Of a stretch of 64,000 bases of DNA, positions 55,907 to 63,883 are shown piece by piece. The DNA is from Betaproteobacteria bacterium. GTDB taxonomy: Bacteria; Pseudomonadota; Gammaproteobacteria; Burkholderiales; SG8-41. Numbering within the stretch: the first letter of the stretch is position 1; the number at the start of each line of letters is the position of its first letter. The notes under the pieces were generated by a model. The model was given only the letters and a program-made list of their open reading frames with translations. It made no database searches and was not told where the DNA came from. The stretch lies in the NCBI GenBank assembly GCA_016192825.1, contig JACPTK010000011.1, positions 16,516 through 80,515 on the forward strand, in the 5' to 3' direction. The position numbers and the translations under genes were made by a program.

Positions 55907-56623
55907 TTATTCGACGTCCCGGCCCCACCACGGCGCAAAGCGGCGAATCTGCCCCTTCTGCTCCTTGGTGAGCACGCCGTCGATCTTCTCCTGCGTCTCG
56001 AGCCGCGCCTGGAAGCTCTGCAGCCGCAATTCCTGGAGCTTCTTGTACTGATTGGTGATGGCGGATCGGTCGCGTTTCTCGGCAGCCATCAGGTTGCGAA
56101 GCTTGTACGCCTCTTCCCGCGTCTTGCCCGCGAGGTCCCACTGTTTCTTCGCGAGGTCCTCATGGATCGTGTTCACCTTGCTCCACTGGTCGGGTGAAAG
56201 GTTGAGCTGGTAGAGCATGCCGTAGCCCATGCCGCCACCCATCATGCCGGGACCCATTCCGAAACCGGACCCGTAGCCGCCCATCATTCCGGGGCCCATC
56301 ATGCCGCCCATCATCCCGGGTCCCATGCCGTAGCCGGGCCCGTAACCGCCACCCGGTCCGGAACCGTAGCCGCCCATCATTCCGGGGCCCATCCCGTAGC
56401 CGGGGCCGTATCCACCGCCCGCGCCCGGCCCGTATCCGCCGCCCGGTCCGGGACCGTAGCCGCCCATCATGCCGGGCCCGTAGCCGCCCATCATGCCCGG
56501 ACCTCTGCCGTAGCCCGGCCCGTAACCTTCCTGTTGTGCGCCGACCAGGGCGGTCGTGCCGAGCGTGGTGACGCCGATCAGCGCGGCGGCGATCAATGAC
56601 TTGCGAAGATTCATGTGTTTCAC
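55907..56623 (-). CDS. Spy/CpxP-family periplasmic chaperone-like protein with a ~100-aa Gly/Pro/Met/Tyr repeat
   Basis: Signal peptide. Repeats of GYGPG(MM)GG (GYGPGYGRGPGMMGGYGPGMMGGYGPGPGGGYGPG...). Then a helical domain with LSPDQW and LTKEQK (LTxxQ-type) motifs. Confidence 0.65.
   Translation of the reverse strand: MKHMNLRKSLIAAALIGVTTLGTTALVGAQQEGYGPGYGRGPGMMGGYGPGMMGGYGPGPGGGYGPGAGGGYGPGYGMGPGMMGGYGSGPGGGYGPGYGMGPGMMGGMMGPGMMGGYGSGFGMGPGMMGGGMGYGMLYQLNLSPDQWSKVNTIHEDLAKKQWDLAGKTREEAYKLRNLMAAEKRDRSAITNQYKKLQELRLQSFQARLETQEKIDGVLTKEQKGQIRRFAPWWGRDVE
56219..56536 (-). repeat. intragenic degenerate tandem repeat encoding GYGPGMMG units
   Basis: Repeated CCGGGCCCGTAGCCGCCCATCAT-like units on the plus strand across about 320 nt. 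Confidence 0.7.
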
Positions 56624-56758
56624 GTAGAGCTCCTTTCGTGGTTGACGTGACGATGGTTTGATGCGCCGGTGAGCCCTTCCAATTACAGGGTCGCCGGCAG
56701 CAAGCCGGAGCGACGCACGCTTCGAGGTTACGCCTCGAAACGCACGCCGGCTCCCGCG

Positions 56759-57127
56759 TCAGCTGCGATAGTTGCCGAAAAGGATGAAGCGCGAGAACGC
56801 GAGGGCGGGGCCGCGCGGCAAGGCGGGCGCGAGGGGTGCCAGAAATTCTCGCGGATCGTCTGTAACGAGACTGAAAGGCAGCGCGGGCTCATCCCCGCGA
56901 AAGCCACCCAGCCCGGCCGGCTGATGATCGCGAAGCGACTGATGACAATGAGCTTGACCGCGCGCTTCCAGCATCATGCAATCCGCCAGCAGCGAGCTCC
57001 GGCCGGTGTCGGCTTCATTACGCTTGATACCCTCTGCCTCCACGATGGAAGCGGCTGGTTCTGCACCGCCCGCAAACGCGTATCCCGGCGCAAACCACAA
57101 CGCGACGGCGAACGCCGTCACGCGCAT
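56759..57127 (-). CDS. small secreted protein of unknown function (CxxxxxxxxxxCH)
   Basis: Signal peptide MRVTAFAVALWFAPGYAFA, LLADCMMLEARGQAHCHQ. A perfect FNR box centre lies about 75 nt upstream of this start. The ORF-track start at 57181 would sit too close to the box. Confidence 0.4.
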   Translation of the reverse strand: MRVTAFAVALWFAPGYAFAGGAEPAASIVEAEGIKRNEADTGRSSLLADCMMLEARGQAHCHQSLRDHQPAGLGGFRGDEPALPFSLVTDDPREFLAPLAPALPRGPALAFSRFILFGNYRS

Positions 57128-57195
57128 GATTTCAAGACATAAGCTGGAAGCGCGTTTCATCGAAACGAGGTTAACCGGCACGGACCCGGCGTGAC

Positions 57196-57209
57196 TTGAT
57201 GTAGATCAA
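57196..57209. promoter_or_regulatory. FNR box TTGATgtagATCAA
   Basis: Perfect consensus, intergenic, upstream of 56759..57127. Confidence 0.55.
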
Positions 57210-57413
57210 CTCGCTGGAACCGCGCAAGCCCCTTCAGCCTCCGGGGCCTTTCTGGCCGCCCCGCGCCTGCGGTACTGTTTCCCGCGCGCTCCCGACGCCG
57301 TTCGGCCCGGACGAATGCTGAACGAAGGCGTGAACGCCGACACGGATGCGAGAGCGGCGGTGAACGACGGTCTTGTGACAGGCGACCGAGGCGTATTCCT
57401 CGTCGCCCGCGAC

Positions 57414-57624
57414 CTAGCAGCCTGCCGGACTTAGGTGTCCGACAGGCTGCTAACGGCAAAACCGCCCGTGAATTTCGAATGAGCCCCGGTGTAACGGCCC
57501 CGATCGGCCTCCGATGGACACGCGCGCAGGCTGGAAATAAGGTTTTCACTGCTATTGGCTCCCGTTATCGCGCGGGCGGTTTTGCACAAGGAGTTTGTCG
57601 GGGCTAAGTCCGACAAACTCCTAG
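57414..57624 (+). mobile_element. MITE-like element, type A, full copy (A2)
   Basis: CTAG-GCAGCCTGCCGGAC-ttaggt-GTCCGACAGGCTGC hairpin, AAAACCGCCCG ... about 105-nt core ... CGGGCGGTTTT, then hairpin GGAGTTTGTCGGggctaaGTCCGACAAACTCC-TAG. Both ends are CTAG. The right CTAG contains the stop codon of the DUF411 gene. Confidence 0.65.
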
Positions 57625-58067
57625 CGGCCGTATCGCGCATACACGCGATAATTTCCGTCGGGGAGAACCAGGTGCACATCGTAAGGGGCGCCGCGGTGGC
57701 CTTCCATCCCGGGAGAGCCGGCCGGCATGCCCGCTACCGCCAGTCCGCGCGCCTTGGGCCGCTCGGCGAGCAGCCGCCTGATCTCGCGCGCCGGCACGTG
57801 GCCCTCGACCGCGTAACCCTCGTTGACGGCGGTATGGCAGCCTCCGAGGACGTTCGGTATGCCATAACGGGCCCGGTAAACCTCCGGGTTCGACACATTC
57901 TGAGGCTTCACACGGAAGCCGTTTGCCCGCAGATGCTCGATCCACGAGCCGCAACAGCCTCAGGTCGCGCTCTTGTAGACGGTGACGAAATCCTCGGCGG
58001 CGTACGCCGAATACACGGCGGGGAGGGAAGTTGCGAGAACTGCGAGCAGGAATTGCCGTCGCTTCAT
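57621..58067 (-). CDS. DUF411 (CopG-like) protein interrupted by one in-frame TGA at the first Cys of CxCC (selenocysteine candidate or pseudogene)
   Basis: From ATG 58067: MKRRQFLLAVLATSLPAVYSAYAAEDFVTVYKSAT-TGA(57960..57962)-GCCGSWIEHLRANGF. It continues in the same frame into ORF 57621..57911 (GCHTAV, GYAVEGHVP, AGMPAGSPGM). The paralogue at 47754..48221 has TCGCC here. Confidence 0.55.
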
Positions 58068-58217
58068 TTCAAAAGCTCCTTTTCAGAAATATTCCGGTGC
58101 CCGTTCGTTGGATACCGATCCGTCGCCGCGAGTTCCGGCTGCGTTGACGGCTCACGCCCGCTTGCCCCATGCGATCGCCGACGTTCCACATACTAATGGT
58201 CGCATGCCGGGGTAGCC

Positions 58218-58231
58218 TTGATTCACATCAA
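58218..58231. promoter_or_regulatory. FNR box TTGATtcacATCAA
   Basis: Perfect consensus, intergenic. Its centre lies about 157 nt upstream of the 58067 start codon. Confidence 0.5.
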
Positions 58232-58277
58232 TAGTCATAGTCGTTGACCGGATCATTCGCGGCGGGGCTTCGTCCGT

Positions 58278-58766
58278 TCAGCGCCGAAGCGAGTCCCGGG
58301 TGATGTCGGCTTGCGCGCGTCGGATCTTCTCGGGCCATGAACTCTTGATGAAGGCAAGAACCGCCCAGATTTCGTCGTCGGAAAGCGTGCCGCCGAAGGC
58401 AGGCATGTCGCTCTGGTAGTTAGGGGGAGCGTACCTGCCGGGAACGAGGCCCTGCCGGGTGATGCCGAACAGCACCGCATCCGGGTGATGCCAGGTGTGT
58501 CCGGACGCGTCGTGCGGCGGAGCGGGCATGCGGCCGGTCGGCAGTTTTTCCCGCCAGTCGGGCTGGCCTTGGAGCCCGGCGCCGTGGCAGGCCGCGCAAT
58601 GCCGCGCGTAGACGGGCTTGCCGCGGGCGACTTGCGCCGCATCCCCCGGGTCGGCACGGGGCTTTTCCTCCGAGAACTGCGCGTAGATGATCGCGCCGAC
58701 GAGAAACGCAAAAGAAGCCGCCAGGAATCCGACGCCGATCCGGTTACGGGTGTCTTGTTGTACCAT
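58278..58766 (-). CDS. membrane-anchored monohaem c-type cytochrome
   Basis: N-terminal TM, then GKPVYARHCAACHGAGLQG (CxxCH) and a distal DMPAFG Met ligand region. Confidence 0.8.
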   Translation of the reverse strand: MVQQDTRNRIGVGFLAASFAFLVGAIIYAQFSEEKPRADPGDAAQVARGKPVYARHCAACHGAGLQGQPDWREKLPTGRMPAPPHDASGHTWHHPDAVLFGITRQGLVPGRYAPPNYQSDMPAFGGTLSDDEIWAVLAFIKSSWPEKIRRAQADITRDSLRR

Positions 58767-58810
58767 TTCCTGCGGCCCACGGTAGCGAAGCAGCGGCCCG
58801 GGGTCGCGCC

Positions 58811-59518
58811 TCAACGGGCGTCATCCAGCAGCTTTCGGATCTGTTCCTCGGGAATCGCGCCCGTCACGCGCCGCCCGTCGGCGAAAAACAGCGTCGGCGT
58901 ACCGTTGATGCCTTGTTGCCGCCCAAACGCCAGAATCTTTTCGATCGGAGTGTCGCAGGTCCCCACGGTCTTTGGCGGGTTGCCATTGAGCATCATCTCG
59001 TCCCAGACCTTGACCCGGTCTTTCGAGCACCAAACCGCCCTCGATTTCTCGTACGAGTCCTGACCGAGGACCGGGTAGAGGAAGATGTAGATCGTGACGT
59101 TCTCCAGCTTCGCGAGGCTCGGCTCGATCTTCTTGCAGAACGGGCAATTGGGATCGGAGAAATAGGCCAGCTTGCGCGTGCCCTTGCCCTGCACCTTGCG
59201 GAATGCGAGGTCCAGCGGCAATTGGTCGAATTTAACCGCGGTCAAAGCCCGCAGCCGCTCCTCGGTGATATCGGTCCTGCGCGCGACGTCGATCAGCCGG
59301 CCGCGCACGATCAGGTAGTTCACGTTCTCGTCGGCATAGAACACTTCGCCGCCCGCGAACACTTCGTAGATCCCCGCGATCGGCGTTCGGGCGACGCTTT
59401 CGACCGGCACGCCGGGGTATTTCTTCTGCATCGCCTGCTTCACGGTCGCTTCGCTCGCGGCCGCCATACCCGGGAGCAAGAGGGCCAGAAACAGACAGCT
59501 GCGCAGCATGGTCAGCAT
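58811..59518 (-). CDS. dsbC: thiol:disulfide interchange protein DsbC/DsbG family
   Basis: Signal peptide, N-terminal dimerisation domain, and thioredoxin fold with YFSDPNCPFCKK and GTPTLFF. Confidence 0.85.
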   Translation of the reverse strand: MLTMLRSCLFLALLLPGMAAASEATVKQAMQKKYPGVPVESVARTPIAGIYEVFAGGEVFYADENVNYLIVRGRLIDVARRTDITEERLRALTAVKFDQLPLDLAFRKVQGKGTRKLAYFSDPNCPFCKKIEPSLAKLENVTIYIFLYPVLGQDSYEKSRAVWCSKDRVKVWDEMMLNGNPPKTVGTCDTPIEKILAFGRQQGINGTPTLFFADGRRVTGAIPEEQIRKLLDDAR

Positions 59519-60462
59519 GGTTGGGGACTCCTTCGCGAGTAAACGGACGTGGCGATGTTTCGCATGCACTCCTGTTGGCGTTGCCCAAGATCCGCGTCCC
59601 GCAGCACCCGTCCGTGCGGAGTCTTCGCGTGAGCGCCAGGGAAGCCGTACTTGACCGGATCGCCGAGGTCGAAGGAAAACCGCTTGGCGGCCGATACCTT
59701 CCGCGCCAGTTGCGCCAGCTCATCCCGGCTTAGCGGTTGCTTGCGGGGCAGCGCGAGCAGGATCATGTTGCCGGCGCCGCGGACGTCCAGGATAAGCAGC
59801 TCGTCGAACACTTCCTGGTAGGTGCGGACCATCGAGTCGTAGAGCGGATTGGCGCTACGGCCCCAGAGGTTGCCGACCACGACCCCCCCCGGCGTGACGG
59901 CGCGCCGCACGGCCTGCAGGAACTCCTGGGTAGCCAGGTGCGGCGGGATGCTGTCGGATCCAAAAGCGTCCAGGAAGATCACGTCGTAAGGGTCTCGCAC
60001 CTTCTCGATGAACCCCCGCCCGTCACCTACATGGGCTTTCATGAGTTCGTCCTCGCGGAAACCGAAGAACTTCTTTGCCACCTCCACGACCTCAGCATCG
60101 ATATCCACAGCGTCGATAATGGCGTTGGGGTAATACTTGCGCAAGAACATGGGCAGCGTGCCGCCGCCGAGCCCGACAACCAGAAAGCGACGCGGTTCTT
60201 CGGCCAAAGCTAGCCCAACCAGCGCGACCCGTGCGTAAGGCAACGCAAGGTGGTCCGGATCGCCCAGCTTCACGACGCTCTGCCTTGCCCCGTCTCTCCC
60301 GAAACGCAGGACGCGCACACCATGCGCTTCTTCCGTGACGACGATCGTGCTATAGGCCGAGGCCTTTTCGTACAGTATCTTCTGGTCAACATAGGCGAGC
60401 GCAACCAGCGCCACTGACGCGACACAAGCGAAAACGGCGGCGAGAAACGGACGCCGGATCAT
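59512..60462 (-). CDS. spermidine synthase-like methyltransferase-fold protein
   Basis: N-terminal TM, VVGLGGGTLPMFL, DAVDIDAEVVEVAKKFF, DVIFLDAF. Confidence 0.7.
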   Translation of the reverse strand: MIRRPFLAAVFACVASVALVALAYVDQKILYEKASAYSTIVVTEEAHGVRVLRFGRDGARQSVVKLGDPDHLALPYARVALVGLALAEEPRRFLVVGLGGGTLPMFLRKYYPNAIIDAVDIDAEVVEVAKKFFGFREDELMKAHVGDGRGFIEKVRDPYDVIFLDAFGSDSIPPHLATQEFLQAVRRAVTPGGVVVGNLWGRSANPLYDSMVRTYQEVFDELLILDVRGAGNMILLALPRKQPLSRDELAQLARKVSAAKRFSFDLGDPVKYGFPGAHAKTPHGRVLRDADLGQRQQECMRNIATSVYSRRSPQPC

Positions 60463-60532
60463 CGCGTACCGGCTCGCACACGAAACAGAAAACCTGTTGT
60501 TCCCATCACCATTGCCGCCTCGTCACCCGCAT

Positions 60533-61204
60533 TCACTTGTCGTCACGGGCACGCCTCACCACCAGTAAGTGCAGAATGTCGGCACGAATCTTCGCCCATT
60601 CGGGAAGGAACATTCCAGTCTGGCGACGGTACGCCCGGTAGGTTTCGCCAAAACCGCGTTCCATGACGTTTTCCTCCTCCTTGGCGAAGAGCAGGTAGGA
60701 GGCGACGAATGCCGGGAAGCCCGCCGTCAGCGTCCAGGACTGAAGCGCCAGCAGGGTCCCGAGATAACCGAAAAACAGGGCGGTGTAGAGAGGGTGGCGG
60801 ATATACCGGTAGGGGCCGCACATCACGAGCCGATGCTCCTTCTTGATCTCGATCTGGATGCTCCAGTAACTGCCAATCGTGCGATGGCTATACCAAAACA
60901 ACCATAGTCCAACGGCGAAAAGCGGAATGGCGGCCCACACAAGCGGATCGGACACGCCGTGGCTCAAGGGCCACCTGTCCCATTCAACCAGCCGCGGCGG
61001 CGCGAGAACCGACCAGGCGACGTAAACCGTCCACACGGCAGACGCGAAGTATGCGGGCACCTGCAGCGCCCGGTCCACCGCAGGGTACGACCTGTCCGCT
61101 GGCCGCACCCCTGCGGATACGAAGTAGTAGTAGCGGGTGCCCCCCAGGGACAGGAGGAACGCCACGGATATAAGTTCTGCGATTACTGAATGTTCCATGC
61201 CCAA
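60533..61204 (-). CDS. isoprenylcysteine carboxyl methyltransferase family protein (divergent from the other four)
   Basis: Polytopic. GPYRYIRHPLYTALFFGYLG ... EEENVMERGFGETYRAYRRQTGMFLP. Confidence 0.75.
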   Translation of the reverse strand: MGMEHSVIAELISVAFLLSLGGTRYYYFVSAGVRPADRSYPAVDRALQVPAYFASAVWTVYVAWSVLAPPRLVEWDRWPLSHGVSDPLVWAAIPLFAVGLWLFWYSHRTIGSYWSIQIEIKKEHRLVMCGPYRYIRHPLYTALFFGYLGTLLALQSWTLTAGFPAFVASYLLFAKEEENVMERGFGETYRAYRRQTGMFLPEWAKIRADILHLLVVRRARDDK

Positions 61205-61248
61205 CGACTCGAGTCTGTGTCAGGTTGAACGCGAACGCATGGTCGAAA

Positions 61249-61893
61249 TCAGGCGGTCCCCGCAGGATCTTCGCCGATCCTTACCGTTGTCGCGCCAAGG
61301 TAGCGGTGTGGCGGAACCACGAGATTAGTGGGCGCCGGCACGTTGCGATACACCCTGCCCGCGAAATCGAACTTGGAGCCATGGCAGGGACAAAAATAGC
61401 CGCCGGGCCATTCGGGACCCAGGTCCCGAGGCGCGACGTCGGGCCGGAAAGTCGGCACGCAGCCCAGGTGAGTGCAGAGGGCCACCAGCACCAGGTTTTC
61501 CGGCTTGAGGGAGCGGAAAGCACCGAGGGCGTACGCCGGCTGCTGGCTCTTTACCTTCGAGTCAGGGTCGGCGAGCTTCGCACGGTGGGCCGGGCGCTCC
61601 AGGGCCCTGAGCATTGCTTCGGTGCGGCGCAGGATCCATACCGGCTTGCCGCGCCATTCCGCGGTCAGCTGCTCGCCCGGTCCGAGCCTGGCGAACTCGA
61701 TCTCAACCGGCGCACCTCCCGCCCGCGCCCGTTCGCTGGGCGTCATCGAGATCACGAAGGGGACCGCAGCCGCGGCGACGCCGGCCCCGCCCACGATGCT
61801 CGTTGCAGCGGTGAGCAGCTTCCGGCGCTCCATGTCGGGTGGGATGTCAGGGCCTTGATCAATGGGGACTTGCGGATTCAGGGTGTTCGTCAT
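61249..61893 (-). CDS. petA: ubiquinol-cytochrome c reductase Rieske iron-sulfur subunit (orphan)
   Basis: Tat-like N-terminus (ERRKLLTAATSIVGGAG). CTHLGC and CPCHGS Rieske boxes. No petB/petC follow it. Confidence 0.9.
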   Translation of the reverse strand: MTNTLNPQVPIDQGPDIPPDMERRKLLTAATSIVGGAGVAAAAVPFVISMTPSERARAGGAPVEIEFARLGPGEQLTAEWRGKPVWILRRTEAMLRALERPAHRAKLADPDSKVKSQQPAYALGAFRSLKPENLVLVALCTHLGCVPTFRPDVAPRDLGPEWPGGYFCPCHGSKFDFAGRVYRNVPAPTNLVVPPHRYLGATTVRIGEDPAGTA

Positions 61894-62003
61894 AGCGTGC
61901 CCCTCCGCTTCAATGCATCAGCAAACACGCGCTGGCGCGCATAATTTCGCGGCAGGCGGTGTAGTCGGTCCGTTTCGTCATCACGGGGACACCAAGTGAT
62001 TAC

Positions 62004-62212
62004 CTAGCAGCCTGTCGGACTTGGCATTCCGACAGGCTGCTCACAGCAAAACCGCCCCACTTTTTTTGAATAACGTTCAATTCCACGGTCGATTCACCTC
62101 GGGAAACGCGTACGGATGGTGTTTCGGCAGGTTTTTGATGGCACTTTCGCATTATTATCCAGGGCGGTTTTGCCTAAGGAGCTTGTCGGACCCAAGTCCG
62201 ACAAGCTCCTAG
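62004..62212 (+). mobile_element. MITE-like element, type B, full copy (B2)
   Basis: CTAG-GCAGCCTGTCGGAC-loop-CCGACAGGCTGC, AAAACCGCCCC ... about 115-nt core ... GGGCGGTTTTGC, then GGAGCTTGTCGGACccaaGTCCGACAAGCTCC-TAG. The right CTAG (62209..62212) contains the stop codon of the L,D-transpeptidase gene. Confidence 0.65.
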
Positions 62213-63531
62213 GGTGATTTGCCCGGGAACGATTCGGGCAGGATGACTTTCGAGCCCCGCACCGGAGCCTCGTAGGCGATCTTCCAGCGGCCGTCCTCCA
62301 CGACCCAGTACTGGCGCTTGCGTGTCTGCTGCGAGAGATTGTTGGAGCGGTAATCCTGGTCGAAAGTGACCGCGACCAGGTCTTGCTTGCCGGGACTGCG
62401 GAATACGCTCACGTTGGCAAGCGCAACCTTGATCCAGGTTTTCCCTGCGTTGACACGTCGTTTGTGCGCGCCCCAGGCCGAGATGTCCATGCCGTCCGAA
62501 CGGAAATCCCGCGCGTAATGCGACAGATACCGCTCGGTATCGAGGTTTTCCCAGTCGGCGCGCCAGGCCTGGAGTTGCAGCATGAACGTGTCGCGTTCGA
62601 CGCGCCAGGCCGTGGGCGTCAGCCACTCGACGCGATCCGCGATGATGACCGGAGTGACGCCCGGCTGAACGCGCTCGCCAAGCCTCTCGATATCCGGATT
62701 GGCCAGCGCGACGCAGCCGTCGCTCGCCCATGGGGCCCGCGCATAGGTGTCGGACGGGACGCCGTGCAGCCAGATGCCGTAGCCGGTCTTGCCGAGTCTC
62801 CGGTCCCACTCGTTCGGGTAGTTGATTGGGAACGCGCCCCAGCCGTACAGGTCCGGCAGCTTGGATCCGGGAATCTTCGAGGTGACGTAGTACGCGCCGA
62901 CGGGTGTCTTCTTGTCACCCTCCAGGTTCTTCTCGATGCCGTACTTTCCCAGCGTCGTGTAATAGTCCTCGACGAGACGCGGCGTGCCCCCTGCGTTCTC
63001 GTAGACATAGACGCGCGAGCGCTTCGCGTCGATGACGATCGCATGTCGTTGCATCGGGCCAAACCAGAGCAGGTAGCGAGGTATGAGATCAGCGGCCGGA
63101 CGGTTGATGTAAGCGCGCAGCCGCGTAAGAGCTTCCGCGCGCAATTCGTCCAGGCGTTCGTTCGAGGCATGGCCGGTGTTGCCGAACCTCGCGATGGGTC
63201 TTGCGCGCGCCAGCAGAAGGTCGCCGCGAACGAGATGCGCAAGGCGGAAGTTCGGGTGGCGGGCGACCAGCCGGTCCACCTCATCGAGCGCCGCGCCCAA
63301 TTGCTTCTGCTGGATCCTTTCGAACACCAACTTGATTTGCGCGTCGGCTCCGTTAAGGCTCGCGCCATCCCGTGGCTGGCTGGCGTGGCCGGCGTGTGCA
63401 GCGAAGAGGAGCAGCGAAGCCGCGAGCAGCGGTAGGGAACGGAAAATAAGTGAACGGGGCACGGTGCACCGCGGATCGGTTGCCATGGAGCAGGCCACTT
63501 GTCGTTCTCCTGTATGCCCGGACAGGGTCAT
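62209..63531 (-). CDS. L,D-transpeptidase (YkuD-fold) family protein with C-terminal SnoaL/DUF4440-like domain
   Basis: Signal peptide. KKTPVGAYYV, GYGIWLHGVP, ASDGCVALAN (catalytic H/C). The start at 63531 overlaps the CusF-like stop (ATGA). An alternative start lies at 63486. Confidence 0.8.
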   Translation of the reverse strand: MTLSGHTGERQVACSMATDPRCTVPRSLIFRSLPLLAASLLLFAAHAGHASQPRDGASLNGADAQIKLVFERIQQKQLGAALDEVDRLVARHPNFRLAHLVRGDLLLARARPIARFGNTGHASNERLDELRAEALTRLRAYINRPAADLIPRYLLWFGPMQRHAIVIDAKRSRVYVYENAGGTPRLVEDYYTTLGKYGIEKNLEGDKKTPVGAYYVTSKIPGSKLPDLYGWGAFPINYPNEWDRRLGKTGYGIWLHGVPSDTYARAPWASDGCVALANPDIERLGERVQPGVTPVIIADRVEWLTPTAWRVERDTFMLQLQAWRADWENLDTERYLSHYARDFRSDGMDISAWGAHKRRVNAGKTWIKVALANVSVFRSPGKQDLVAVTFDQDYRSNNLSQQTRKRQYWVVEDGRWKIAYEAPVRGSKVILPESFPGKSP

Positions 63532-63848
63532 TTGATCTCGGTGATCACGTAATTGATGCCGTCGTAAACGATCTGGAACTCGACCCTCTGCATCGGCTGC
63601 AGACTGGCGAGCCGGGTCTTGTCCTTGACGAGGTAACCCATCGTCATCGCCATCATGTTCAGCTCCCGCAGGGGCTCGTGACTGATCGTCACCACGCCTT
63701 GCTCCCTGTCGATGCCTACCACCGTTCCCCTGCCGGTGGCGGTTTGCAGCGGGGCGCCCGGTGTCTGCTCCCGATCGGGCCTCGGGAGCGACACCCATGC
63801 GAAGGCGGCAAACGCGGCAACCACCGCGAAAACGAGCAGTTTCCTCAT
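63528..63848 (-). CDS. CusF-like periplasmic copper-binding protein
   Basis: Signal peptide MRKLLVFAVVAAFAAFA. GTVVGIDREQGVVTISHEPLRELNMMAMTMGYLV, YVITEIK. Confidence 0.8.
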   Translation of the reverse strand: MRKLLVFAVVAAFAAFAWVSLPRPDREQTPGAPLQTATGRGTVVGIDREQGVVTISHEPLRELNMMAMTMGYLVKDKTRLASLQPMQRVEFQIVYDGINYVITEIK

Positions 63849-63883
63849 CAAACGCTCCGTTGACGTCGCCCGTTCGCGTCCGG

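Noticed and set aside
40951-62212. CRISPR array or attC/integron interpretation of the repeated hairpins
   Set aside because: Only four dispersed copies at irregular multi-kb spacing. There are no short unique spacers, no cas or intI gene, and no R''/R' core sites.
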